Assembly: GCA_049581885.1 (NCBI GenBank)
Contig: JBAUSV010000014.1
Location: 20,872-84,871, forward strand
Length of the DNA stretch: 64,000 nt
From: Gammaproteobacteria bacterium
GTDB taxonomy: Bacteria; Pseudomonadota; Gammaproteobacteria; JAKDMP01
Reading direction: 5' to 3'
The position numbers and the translations under genes were made by a program. This document shows positions 55,275 to 64,000 of this stretch, piece after piece (the stretch's first letter is position 1; each line of letters opens with the position of its first letter). The notes beneath the pieces were generated by a model, which saw only the letters and a program-made list of their open reading frames with translations, was not told the DNA's origin and did no database searches.

Positions 55275-56333
55275 ATGCCCATCAAATCCAATGCAACGTT
55301 GCGTTCGCCGGCGATTCGCTGGGACGGGGATCGTCTGAGTCTGCTTGATCAGCGCTTGCTGCCTGCCGAGATTCACTATGTCGAGTGCACCACAGCAGTG
55401 GAGGTGGCAACCGCTATCCACGACATGGTGGTGCGCGGTGCGCCGGCCATCGGAATCGCCGCGGCCTATGGGGTGGCGCTCGCCGTGCGTGAGCATGAGT
55501 CATTGCCGGCGGCTGCTCGCGTCGCGGCGCTAAATGCCGAACTGGAAACGCTGGCCGCGGCACGGCCGACGGCGGTCAATCTGGACTGGGCACTGGCATG
55601 CCTGCGTCCTCTGATCGAGCGTGGCGCCGGTTTCGCGGAGGTGGCGGCTGCCGCCGAGGCGTTGCACGACGAAGACGTGGTGACGAACCGGACGCTGGCC
55701 CGCCTGGGTGCCTCGCAACTGGGTCCGGCCTCGCGAGTGTTGACCCACTGCAATACCGGGTCTCTGGCCACCGGCGGTGTGGGTACGGCATTGGGCGTGA
55801 TCGTCAGTGCGTGGCGCGCCGGCAAGCTCCGCGAGGTGCGCTTTACCGAAACCCGACCTTGGCTGCAGGGGGCACGCCTGACGGCCTGGGAGCTGGCTGC
55901 CGCCGAGGTGCCGGCCACCCTGATGACCGAATCCGTCGCGGGTGGGCTCGCCGCACGCGGCGAGATCGACTGGTTGATCGTCGGGGCCGACCGGATTGCC
56001 GCCAACGGCGATGTGGTGAACAAGGTGGGTACGTTTCCGCTGGCCGAACTGACCCGCTTGGGTGGGGGCAGGGTGATGGTGGTGGCACCGTTTTCAACGG
56101 TGGATCTCGCTCTGGCCTGCGGCAGCGAGGTGGTGATCGAGCAGCGGGCGGGCGAGGAAGTATGGCGCGGTACGCAGGCAGCCGACGTGCCGACCGGCAT
56201 TACCATCGCCAATCCCGCCTTTGATGTAACGCCTGCGCAACGGGTCGACTGTCTGGTGACCGAAAGAGGCCTGATTTCCCCGGCAGAAGGCGAGTTTCCG
56301 GGGCAGCTCGAAGCGCCCGGCATGGTAAAATAA
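55275..56333 (+). CDS. mtnA: S-methyl-5-thioribose-1-phosphate isomerase
   Basis: eIF-2B alpha/beta/delta-like fold ('RGAPAIGIAAAYG', 'HCNTGSLAT'), immediately upstream of gyrA as in Pseudomonas. Confidence 0.85.
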   Translation: MPIKSNATLRSPAIRWDGDRLSLLDQRLLPAEIHYVECTTAVEVATAIHDMVVRGAPAIGIAAAYGVALAVREHESLPAAARVAALNAELETLAAARPTAVNLDWALACLRPLIERGAGFAEVAAAAEALHDEDVVTNRTLARLGASQLGPASRVLTHCNTGSLATGGVGTALGVIVSAWRAGKLREVRFTETRPWLQGARLTAWELAAAEVPATLMTESVAGGLAARGEIDWLIVGADRIAANGDVVNKVGTFPLAELTRLGGGRVMVVAPFSTVDLALACGSEVVIEQRAGEEVWRGTQAADVPTGITIANPAFDVTPAQRVDCLVTERGLISPAEGEFPGQLEAPGMVK

Positions 56334-56363
56334 ACAACTCGATTTTCCGCGCAAATCAAAGAG

Positions 56364-58925
56364 TTGCCCATGGCTGAATTCGCGAAAGAACTCACGCATA
56401 TCACGCTGGAAGAGGAGATGCAGCGTTCCTATCTCGATTACGCCATGAGCGTGATCGTGGGGCGCGCCCTGCCGGACGTGCGTGATGGCCTGAAACCCGT
56501 GCATCGGCGAGTGCTTTACGCCATGAAGCAGCTCGGCAACGACTGGAACAAGCCCTACAAGAAATCGGCGCGCGTGGTTGGCGACGTGATAGGCAAATAC
56601 CATCCGCACGGCGATTCGGCGGTATACGACACGATTGTGCGCATGGCGCAGCCGTTCTCGATGCGCCATCTGCTGGTGGACGGACAGGGCAACTTCGGTT
56701 CGGTGGACGGCGATTCCCCGGCGGCGATGCGTTATACCGAAGTGCGCATGGCGCGCCTGGCGCACGAGTTACTGAGCGACATCGACAAGGAAACGGTCGA
56801 TTACCAGCCCAATTACGACGGTTCCGAAACCGAGCCGACTGTGTTGCCGACGCGGGTGCCCAATCTGCTGGTCAATGGGTCTTCGGGTATTGCGGTGGGC
56901 ATGGCGACCAATATTCCGCCGCACAACCTGGGCGAAACGGTCAGTGCGGCACTCGCCCTGCTGGCCGATCCGGATCTGGACGTCGAAGGTTTGATGCAAC
57001 ATCTGCCGGGGCCGGATTTTCCGACTGCCGCGATCCTGTCCGGGCGCCGCGGGATCCTCGAAGCCTACCGCACCGGACGCGGACGCATTTTTCTGCGGGC
57101 GCGGGCGCACATCGACGAGAAGGTCAAGAGCGGGCGGGCGGCGATTATCGTCAACGAACTGCCGTACCAGGTCAACAAAGCGCGGCTGATTGAGAAAATT
57201 GCTGAGCTGGTCAAGGACAAGAAGCTCGACGGCATCGCCGAGCTGCGCGACGAGTCCGACAAGGATGGCCTGCGCGTCGTCATCGAGATCAAGCGCGACG
57301 CCGTGCCCGACGTGGTGCTCAACAATCTCTACCAGCACACTCAGATGCAGACGGTATTCGGCATCAATATGGTGGCGTTGTGCGACGGCCAGCCCCAGTT
57401 GCTTGGACTCAAGGCCATGCTCGAAGCCTTCCTGCGTCATCGCCGCGAAGTGGTGACGCGGCGCACTGTCTACGAATTGGGCCAAGCCCGTAAACGCGCG
57501 CATGTATTGGAAGGTCTCGCGGTTGCCCTGGCCAACCTCGACCCGGTGATTGCCCTGATCCGCGCGGCCAAGACGCCGCAGGAAGCCAAGGACGGTCTGC
57601 TCGGCCGGACCTGGGAGCCGGGCGCCGTGGTGGGCCTGCTTGAACGCACCGATGCGGCGCTCACACGCCCGGCCGATGCGCCGAAGGAATCGGGTCTGCA
57701 TGAGGGGCGCTACCGCTTGTCGCCGGCTCAGGCCCAGGCCATCCTGGAACTGCGCCTGCATCGTTTGACCGGACTGGAGCAGGAGAAGGTCGTTTCCGAA
57801 TACCAAGGGCTGATCGAGACCATTGTCGATCTGCGTGAAATCCTGTCCGACCCGGAGCGGCTGCGTTTCGTGATTCGTCAGGAACTGGAAGAACTGCGTG
57901 CTCAGTATGCTGACGAGCGACGCACGGAAATCTCCGATCAGGCCATCGATCTGGAAGACGAGGATCTGATTGCTGATGAGGAAGTCGTGGTGACTTTCTC
58001 GCACCGCGGTTACGTCAAGTACCAGATGCCCGACGTGTACCAGGCGCAGCGTCGCGGAGGGCGGGGCAAGCAGGCCGCGGCGGTCAGGGACGAGGATTTT
58101 GTGGAGCAGCTCTTTACTGCGCGCACCCACGACACACTGCTTTGCTTCTCCAACACCGGCAAGCTGTACTGGCTGAAGGTGTACAAGTTGCCGCAGGCGA
58201 GCCGCGGTTCGCGCGGACGTCCGATCGTCAATCTGTTGCCGTCGATGGAAGAGCACGAACGCATCACGGCGTTGCTGCCGGTGCGCGAGTTCAGCGAGGA
58301 CCATTTCGTGTTCATGGCCACGCGTCAGGGCACCGTCAAGAAGACCTCGCTGGAAGCGTTTTCGCGTCCGCGTTCCAACGGCATTATTGCGCTCGGCCTG
58401 CACGAAGGCGACGAGCTGATGGGGGCCGTGCTGACCGACGGCGACCAGGACCTGATACTGGTCTCAAGCACGGGCCGTGCGATCCGCTTTGCCGAAAGCG
58501 ATGTGCGAGCGATGGGGCGTACCGCAGCCGGGGTTCGTGGCAAGCGGCTTGAAGGCGACCATACGCTGATTGCGTTGCTGCGCGCCGCCGACGGTGACAT
58601 CCTGTTCGCATCTGAGCATGGCTACGGAAAGCGTACCATGGCCGACGAGTTCCCGGTGCAGCGCCGCGGTGGGCGGGGTGTCATCGGCATCCGGATCAGC
58701 GAGCGCAACGGTAATGCCGTTGGTGCGCTGTCTGTAGCCGAAACCGACGACCTGATGCTTATCAGCGCAGGCGGGACCCTGGTGCGTACCGCCGCCGCGG
58801 AAGTGTCCACGCTCGGACGTAACACCCAAGGCGTGCGCCTGATCCGTCTCGGTGACGGTGACCGTCTGGTAGGCATTGCACGCATTGCCGCCGATGAGGA
58901 CGAAGACGGCGGCGAGACCGGGTGA
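56364..58925 (+). CDS. gyrA: DNA gyrase subunit A
   Basis: The active-site Tyr region, a QRDR-like segment, and C-terminal beta-pinwheel repeats. Confidence 0.97.
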   Translation: MPMAEFAKELTHITLEEEMQRSYLDYAMSVIVGRALPDVRDGLKPVHRRVLYAMKQLGNDWNKPYKKSARVVGDVIGKYHPHGDSAVYDTIVRMAQPFSMRHLLVDGQGNFGSVDGDSPAAMRYTEVRMARLAHELLSDIDKETVDYQPNYDGSETEPTVLPTRVPNLLVNGSSGIAVGMATNIPPHNLGETVSAALALLADPDLDVEGLMQHLPGPDFPTAAILSGRRGILEAYRTGRGRIFLRARAHIDEKVKSGRAAIIVNELPYQVNKARLIEKIAELVKDKKLDGIAELRDESDKDGLRVVIEIKRDAVPDVVLNNLYQHTQMQTVFGINMVALCDGQPQLLGLKAMLEAFLRHRREVVTRRTVYELGQARKRAHVLEGLAVALANLDPVIALIRAAKTPQEAKDGLLGRTWEPGAVVGLLERTDAALTRPADAPKESGLHEGRYRLSPAQAQAILELRLHRLTGLEQEKVVSEYQGLIETIVDLREILSDPERLRFVIRQELEELRAQYADERRTEISDQAIDLEDEDLIADEEVVVTFSHRGYVKYQMPDVYQAQRRGGRGKQAAAVRDEDFVEQLFTARTHDTLLCFSNTGKLYWLKVYKLPQASRGSRGRPIVNLLPSMEEHERITALLPVREFSEDHFVFMATRQGTVKKTSLEAFSRPRSNGIIALGLHEGDELMGAVLTDGDQDLILVSSTGRAIRFAESDVRAMGRTAAGVRGKRLEGDHTLIALLRAADGDILFASEHGYGKRTMADEFPVQRRGGRGVIGIRISERNGNAVGALSVAETDDLMLISAGGTLVRTAAAEVSTLGRNTQGVRLIRLGDGDRLVGIARIAADEDEDGGETG

Positions 58926-60028
58926 TGCCGCGAGAAGACCGAGCGCCGGTTTACAACTTCAGTGCCGGGCCGGCCTGCCTTGCGGAATCGGTTATGGTGC
59001 AGGCACGGGACGAGTTCCTGGACTTTGCCGGCACTGGTCTGTCGATACTTGAAACCAGTCACCGCAGCACCGCCTTTTCCGAGGTAGTGGCGCGCACCGA
59101 AGCCGATTTGCGCGCGCTGCTCGGTTTGACCGATGACTACGCCGTGTTCTTCCTGCAAGGTGGGGCGACGCTGCAGTTTCTGATGACGGCGCTCAATCTG
59201 GCGCGCGCGAATCAACCGACGGCTTACGTGGAAACGGGGCAATGGTCGCGCAAGGCGATTGCCTGTGTGCGTGAAGTGCGCCCGGTCGAAGTGGTGGTCA
59301 GCGCAGCCGACACCGACTATTCATGCGTGCCCGAACAATCCGCGTGGAAAGCGTTGCCGACCGATGCGGCGTATCTGCATTACACGCCTAACGAAACCAT
59401 CGACGGGTTGGAATTCGATTTCATTCCCGAAACGGATGGAGCACCGTTGCTTGCCGATATGTCCTCGACCATCCTGTCGCAACCGATGCCGGTCAAACGT
59501 TTCGACTTGATCTATGCCGGCGCACAGAAGAATCTCGGACCTGCTGGTTTGTGCCTGGTGATTATGCGCCGTGAATTGATCGAGCGGGTCGGTGCGGAGG
59601 TGCCGAGCCAATTGAGCTACCGGGCGCAGATTGCTGCCGGTTCCCTGTTCAATACGCCGCCCACGCTGACCTGGCGACTGATCGGTCTGGAACTGGCTTG
59701 GGTGCGCGGGCAGGGCGGACTGGAGGAGATGGCCCGGCGTGCGCGGCAGCGTTCCCGCCTGATTTATGAAGTCATTGACGAATCGAATGGGTTTTATACC
59801 AACTTGGTGCAGCCCCGGTCGCGTTCGCGCACCAATATTCCGTTCGGCATAGACGATACGGCACTTGAAACACGATTCCTGGCCGAAGCCGACGGTGCAG
59901 GCCTGAAACAACTTCAGGGGCATCGCAGCAAGGGCGGCATGCGAGCCAGCTTGTACAATGCCATGCCCGTGGCGGGCGCTGAAGCGCTGGCCGCATTCAT
60001 GCGCGAATTTGCCCGCCGTCACGGCTGA
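58922..60028 (+). CDS. serC: 3-phosphoserine/phosphohydroxythreonine aminotransferase
   Basis: 'YNFSAGPA' N-terminus with class-V aminotransferase motifs. There is a 4-nt overlap with gyrA. Confidence 0.93.
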   Translation: MMPREDRAPVYNFSAGPACLAESVMVQARDEFLDFAGTGLSILETSHRSTAFSEVVARTEADLRALLGLTDDYAVFFLQGGATLQFLMTALNLARANQPTAYVETGQWSRKAIACVREVRPVEVVVSAADTDYSCVPEQSAWKALPTDAAYLHYTPNETIDGLEFDFIPETDGAPLLADMSSTILSQPMPVKRFDLIYAGAQKNLGPAGLCLVIMRRELIERVGAEVPSQLSYRAQIAAGSLFNTPPTLTWRLIGLELAWVRGQGGLEEMARRARQRSRLIYEVIDESNGFYTNLVQPRSRSRTNIPFGIDDTALETRFLAEADGAGLKQLQGHRSKGGMRASLYNAMPVAGAEALAAFMREFARRHG

Positions 60029-60071
60029 GGCATACGCTGCAAATCACGATCAATAGGGAAACCGGTTACCG

Positions 60072-61211
60072 ATGACCACGCAAGAATTCGATCCCGTGCA
60101 ATGGTGCGTGCCGGGGGTGCGCCAACTCAAGCCTTACGAACCCGGCAAGCCGATTAGCGAGCTTCAACGCGAGTTGGGCCTCGACGACATTATCAAACTG
60201 GCCTCCAACGAAAATCCGCTGGGTCCGAGCCCGCGTGCCGTGGAGGCCATGCGCCAGGCACTCGATGAGGTGGCGCTCTATCCCGACGGTAGCGCCTATG
60301 CACTCAAGCAGGCGCTGGGCGAATATCATGAAATCGGTGAGGAGCGCATTACGGTGGGCACCGGATCCGATCATATTCTCGAACTGATCGCGCACGCTTT
60401 TCTGGGGCCGGATCGTTCGGTCGTGTTTGCACGTCATGCTTTTGCCATTTATGCCATTGTTAGCCAGGCGACCGGCGCCGAACTGCGCGTTGCCGATGCG
60501 CATGCACCCGACCATCCGCACCAGCCCTATGGCCATGATGTCGATACGTTGCTAGCCGCTGTGAACGATTCGACGCGCGTGGTATTCGTGGCCAACCCGA
60601 ACAATCCCACCGGCACGTATCTGACGCAGGCCGAAATGGAGCGGTTGCTGGCAGGTGTATCGGGGAACACCGTGGTGGTGATCGATGAGGCATATTTCGA
60701 CTACGCTGCGCCTTATGCTGCGGATTATCCAAATACCCGCTATTTGCTGGAACGTTATCCGAACCTTATCGTGCTGCGTACCTTCTCCAAGGCCTACGGC
60801 CTGGCCGGTGTGCGCGTCGGTTACGCGCTCGCCAGTGCCGCCATGTCCGATTGCCTGAATCGGGTACGCCTGTCGTTCAATCCGAGCAGTCTGGGTCAGG
60901 CGGCAGCAGTCGCAGCTCTGGCCGATCGCGAACATGTTCGACGCACGGTGGAACTCAACCACTCCGAGCGGAAAACGTTGGATACGGCACTGCGGGATCT
61001 GGGTCTGGGAGTCATTCCGTCGGTTTGCAACTTCGTTACCGCCGACATGGGTCGCCCAGGGCGTGAGTTATTTCAGCAACTGTTGCGTGAGGGTGTGATT
61101 GTGCGCCCGCTCGATGGCTATGGACTCGCGAACCATCTGCGTATTTCAGTCGGCCTGCCGAAGCACAATCGGCGTTTTATTCAAGCTTTGCATAAAGTGC
61201 TGGCGCAATGA
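60072..61211 (+). CDS. hisC: Histidinol-phosphate aminotransferase
   Basis: 'KLASNENPLGPSP' and PLP-lysine 'FSKAYGLAG' motifs. Confidence 0.9.
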   Translation: MTTQEFDPVQWCVPGVRQLKPYEPGKPISELQRELGLDDIIKLASNENPLGPSPRAVEAMRQALDEVALYPDGSAYALKQALGEYHEIGEERITVGTGSDHILELIAHAFLGPDRSVVFARHAFAIYAIVSQATGAELRVADAHAPDHPHQPYGHDVDTLLAAVNDSTRVVFVANPNNPTGTYLTQAEMERLLAGVSGNTVVVIDEAYFDYAAPYAADYPNTRYLLERYPNLIVLRTFSKAYGLAGVRVGYALASAAMSDCLNRVRLSFNPSSLGQAAAVAALADREHVRRTVELNHSERKTLDTALRDLGLGVIPSVCNFVTADMGRPGRELFQQLLREGVIVRPLDGYGLANHLRISVGLPKHNRRFIQALHKVLAQ

Positions 61212-62518
61212 ATACGCCGAAAGGTGCATCCGTATTGCGGGTTGCGCCGGGCGGGCCTTTGTCCGGCACGCTGGTGGTGCCAGGTGACAAGTCGATCACC
61301 CATCGTGCACTCATTTGTGCTGCGCTGGCCCGCGGCGAATCCGTAGTGCATGGTGCACTGGATGCCGCCGACACCCGGGCCACGGCCAAGGCCTTGCAAA
61401 CGCTGGGAGCACGCATCGACTGGCAGAAGGATGCGCTGCGTATCGAAGGCACCGGTGCACGGTTCACACCACCTCAACAGCCGCTGGACCTGGGCAATTC
61501 GGGCACCGGGTTGCGTCTGCTGAGCGGTGCGCTGGCGGGGTGTGGGGTGGCGTTGACCCTGACCGGCGATGCGTCCCTGTGCCGTCGTCCGATGACACGT
61601 ATTACCGAACCTTTGGTGGCCATGGGGGCTGACATTACGAGCACGCACGGGCATGCACCATTGACGCTGCGGCCGACCGAGTCTCTGCAGGGGCTCAACT
61701 ACCGGTTGCCTGTGGCCAGTGCCCAGGTGAAATCGGCCGTGTTGCTGGCCGGGTTGGGCGCGGACAGCGAGACCGCCATCGAAGACCCTTTTCACACACG
61801 CGACCATACCGAACGCCTATTGCCGAGCTTTGGTGCCCGGCTTGTGCGTGACGGCATTACGACGCGGCTGAGTCCGGGTGAACTGACCGCAACTACCGTG
61901 GAGGTGCCTGGCGATTTTTCTTCGGCGGCCTTCTTTATCGCTGCCGCCCTGCTGGTGCCTGAATCGCGCCTGGCCCTGACCGCAGTGGGGATCAATCCGA
62001 CGCGGATTGGCCTGTTGTCGGTACTGGAGCGCATGGGCGCGCGTATCGAGCTGCGTAACCGATGTGTCTACGGAGCGGAGCCGGTCGCGAACATGCACAT
62101 TGAGGGCGCTTCGCTGAGAGGTGTTCGAGTCGGTGCGGGGGAGATTCCGTCGCTGATCGATGAACTGCCGATGCTGATGGTGCTGGCAGCTGCGGCCGAA
62201 GGGCCGAGCGTGATGGAGGGTGTGGGCGAATTGCGGCACAAGGAAAGCGACCGTATTACCGCGATGCAGGTTGGGTTGGCTGCGGCGGGCGTGGAGATGA
62301 CCGTGGACGGCGACAATGTGCATCTGGCGGGCGGTGGTTTCAAGCGTGGAGGGCAGGTGGCCAGCGCGGGCGATCATCGCGTGGCGATGGCATTGGCGGT
62401 GGCGGGTCTCGCTGCGCCTTCGCCGATCAGCGTGACCGATGCCGGCTGGGTCGCGACGTCCTTTCCCGAATTTTCATCGTTGCTGCAGACGGCAGGAGGA
62501 CAGGTGGAGGCCGCATGA
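61208..62518 (+). CDS. aroA: 3-phosphoshikimate 1-carboxyvinyltransferase (EPSP synthase), monofunctional
   Basis: 'PGDKSITHRALI' and 'LGNSGTGLRLL' motifs. At 436 aa there is no fused TyrA domain. Confidence 0.93.
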   Translation: MNTPKGASVLRVAPGGPLSGTLVVPGDKSITHRALICAALARGESVVHGALDAADTRATAKALQTLGARIDWQKDALRIEGTGARFTPPQQPLDLGNSGTGLRLLSGALAGCGVALTLTGDASLCRRPMTRITEPLVAMGADITSTHGHAPLTLRPTESLQGLNYRLPVASAQVKSAVLLAGLGADSETAIEDPFHTRDHTERLLPSFGARLVRDGITTRLSPGELTATTVEVPGDFSSAAFFIAAALLVPESRLALTAVGINPTRIGLLSVLERMGARIELRNRCVYGAEPVANMHIEGASLRGVRVGAGEIPSLIDELPMLMVLAAAAEGPSVMEGVGELRHKESDRITAMQVGLAAAGVEMTVDGDNVHLAGGGFKRGGQVASAGDHRVAMALAVAGLAAPSPISVTDAGWVATSFPEFSSLLQTAGGQVEAA

Positions 62519-63186
62519 ATCACGTCCCCGTTCTCACGCTAGACGGTCCCGGTGGCGCCGGCAAGGGTACGGTGGGACGTCGGGTGGCCGCGCGTCTGGG
62601 TTGGCATTATCTCGACAGTGGTGCGCTGTATCGGGTGGTAGCGCTAGTCAGTCTCCGCCATGGGGTGGGTGCGGAAGATGCGGCGACCGTTGCTGCGGTT
62701 ATTCCCGGTCTGCAGGTGGTTTTCGAGGACGAACATGTTGTGCTCAATGGCGAGGACGTGAGCCACGAACTGCGCACGGAAGCGGTGAGCCGCAGGGCAT
62801 CGGCATTGGCGCCGGCATCCGTCGTACGCGCAGCACTGGTCGAGCGCCAACGTGCCTTGCGCAAGTTGCCGGGGCTGGTGGCCGATGGGCGCGATATGGG
62901 CACGGTGGTTTTTCCTGATGCGCAGGTGAAGGTGTTCCTGGACGCCAGTCCCGCGGAACGTGCATTTCGGCGCTATAAACAGTTGAAAGAGCAAGGATTT
63001 AATGCTAATCTACCCAGCCTCACCGAAGAGTTGCGCAAGCGTGACGAACGCGACGCGAACCGTGCGGTGGCGCCGCTCAAACCTGCCGTGGACGCCGAGG
63101 TGATAGACACCACGGGACATCCGGTCGACTGGGTGGTGGAAAGGCTTCTTGCCCTCGTGACGAACGCGGGTGGAAGCGGGGGTTGA
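62515..63186 (+). CDS. cmk: (d)CMP kinase
   Basis: P-loop 'DGPGGAGKGT' with Cmk-wide similarity. Confidence 0.93.
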   Translation: MNHVPVLTLDGPGGAGKGTVGRRVAARLGWHYLDSGALYRVVALVSLRHGVGAEDAATVAAVIPGLQVVFEDEHVVLNGEDVSHELRTEAVSRRASALAPASVVRAALVERQRALRKLPGLVADGRDMGTVVFPDAQVKVFLDASPAERAFRRYKQLKEQGFNANLPSLTEELRKRDERDANRAVAPLKPAVDAEVIDTTGHPVDWVVERLLALVTNAGGSGG

Positions 63187-63322
63187 TATTCATCGGGAGG
63201 CAGGAGGCCACCTTTAACAGACGCAAGCGATCCGCCGGGAGGGCGGCAGCGCGGCACACACACATTCCGGACCGCCTTGTTTACCTTGCGGATGCATTAC
63301 GGCGGCGGAGAAAGAGAAATTA

Positions 63323-64000
63323 ATGGCTGAATCTTTTGCAGAACTCCTTGAGGAGAGCCTAGGTAGTTCCTGGGTCCAACCCGGCTCGCTGGTCACCGCC
63401 AAAGTGGTTTCCGTGGGCCCTGATTTTGTCCTGGTGGATGCCGGACTCAAATCCGAAAGTGCTATTCCAACCGAACAATTCAAGCGCGAGGACGGCGAAC
63501 TCGACGTTGCTGTCGGCGATGAGGTTGAAGTTGCGGTTGAAGCACTGGAAGACGGTTTCGGAGAGACGCGACTGTCGCGCGAAAAGGCGCGCCGCTTGCG
63601 TGCCTGGGAACACCTGAAAACGGCATTCGAGGCCGAGGAGAGCGTGACCGGTTACATTTCCGGCAAGGTCAAGGGCGGCTTCAGCGTCGACCTCGACGGC
63701 ATTCGTGCCTTCCTGCCCGGTTCGCTGGTAGATGTACGCCCCGTGCGCGATCCCAGCTATCTCGAGGGCAAGCCGCTCGAATTCAAGATCATCAAGCTCG
63801 ATCAGCGCCGCAACAACGTAGTCGCCTCGCGCCGGGCCGTGGTGGAGAAGGAATTCAGCGCAGAACGCGAGGCCCTGCTTGAGCGCCTGACCGAGGGTGC
63901 CGTGCTCAAGGGCATCGTCAAGAATATGACCGATTACGGAGCCTTCGTTGATCTCGGCGGCATCGACGGGCTACTGCACGTCACCGACATGGCGTGGAAG
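63323..64000 (+). CDS. rpsA: 30S ribosomal protein S1, 5' part (runs off window end)
   Basis: The ATG at 63323 follows 'GGAGAAAGAG'. The translation '[13 protein letters not shown]...[18 protein letters not shown]' is the canonical S1 N-terminus with a first S1 domain. There is no stop before the window end. Confidence 0.9.
   Translation, partial: MAESFAELLEESLGSSWVQPGSLVTAKVVSVGPDFVLVDAGLKSESAIPTEQFKREDGELDVAVGDEVEVAVEALEDGFGETRLSREKARRLRAWEHLKTAFEAEESVTGYISGKVKGGFSVDLDGIRAFLPGSLVDVRPVRDPSYLEGKPLEFKIIKLDQRRNNVVASRRAVVEKEFSAEREALLERLTEGAVLKGIVKNMTDYGAFVDLGGIDGLLHVTDMAWK

Noticed and set aside
56769-58403. 544-aa minus-strand ORF antisense to gyrA
   Set aside because: An antisense artifact; gyrA is unambiguous.

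Overview
This is a 64-kb, high-GC (about 60-65% by eye), gene-dense window that looks like core chromosome of a gammaproteobacterium. Gene order resembles Pseudomonas/Xanthomonadales.

Plus-strand super-operons, in order:
- RND efflux adaptor and permease.
- Heat-shock and biosynthesis block: grpE-dnaK-(TMEM175-like)-dnaJ-dapB-carA-carB-greA-rlmE-ftsH-folP-glmM-tpiA-secG.
- tRNA-Leu(GAG), then the complete 14-gene NADH dehydrogenase I operon nuoA-N, with nuoC and nuoD unfused.
- iscA-like, ndk, rlmN, pilW/pilF, rodZ, hisS, yfgM, bamB, der.
- mtnA, gyrA, serC, hisC, aroA, cmk, and a 5' fragment of rpsA.

Minus-strand genes:
- rmuC.
- A BepA-like M48/TPR peptidase.
- A four-gene, translationally coupled operon: mtaD-ubiG-HAD phosphatase-squalene/phytoene-synthase-like protein.
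- A large TPR/TolB-N-like membrane protein.
- A membrane polysaccharide deacetylase and an ALDH3-type aldehyde dehydrogenase.

I could not find any transposase, integrase, CRISPR array, toxin-antitoxin or recognisable defence genes. I therefore see no clear-cut novel system. The unusual points are modest and are listed under findings:
- A DUF1211/TMEM175-type channel gene embedded in the dnaK-dnaJ heat-shock operon.
- A squalene/phytoene-synthase-fold gene translationally coupled to ubiG.
- An orphan His-rich secreted protein.
- A 260-bp AT-rich divergent region with an orphan terminator-like element.
- Breaks of conserved synteny: ubiG separated from gyrA, and no ispG, pheA or tyrA in their usual places.

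All calls rest on reading the supplied translations and nucleotide motifs by eye. No database searches were run.
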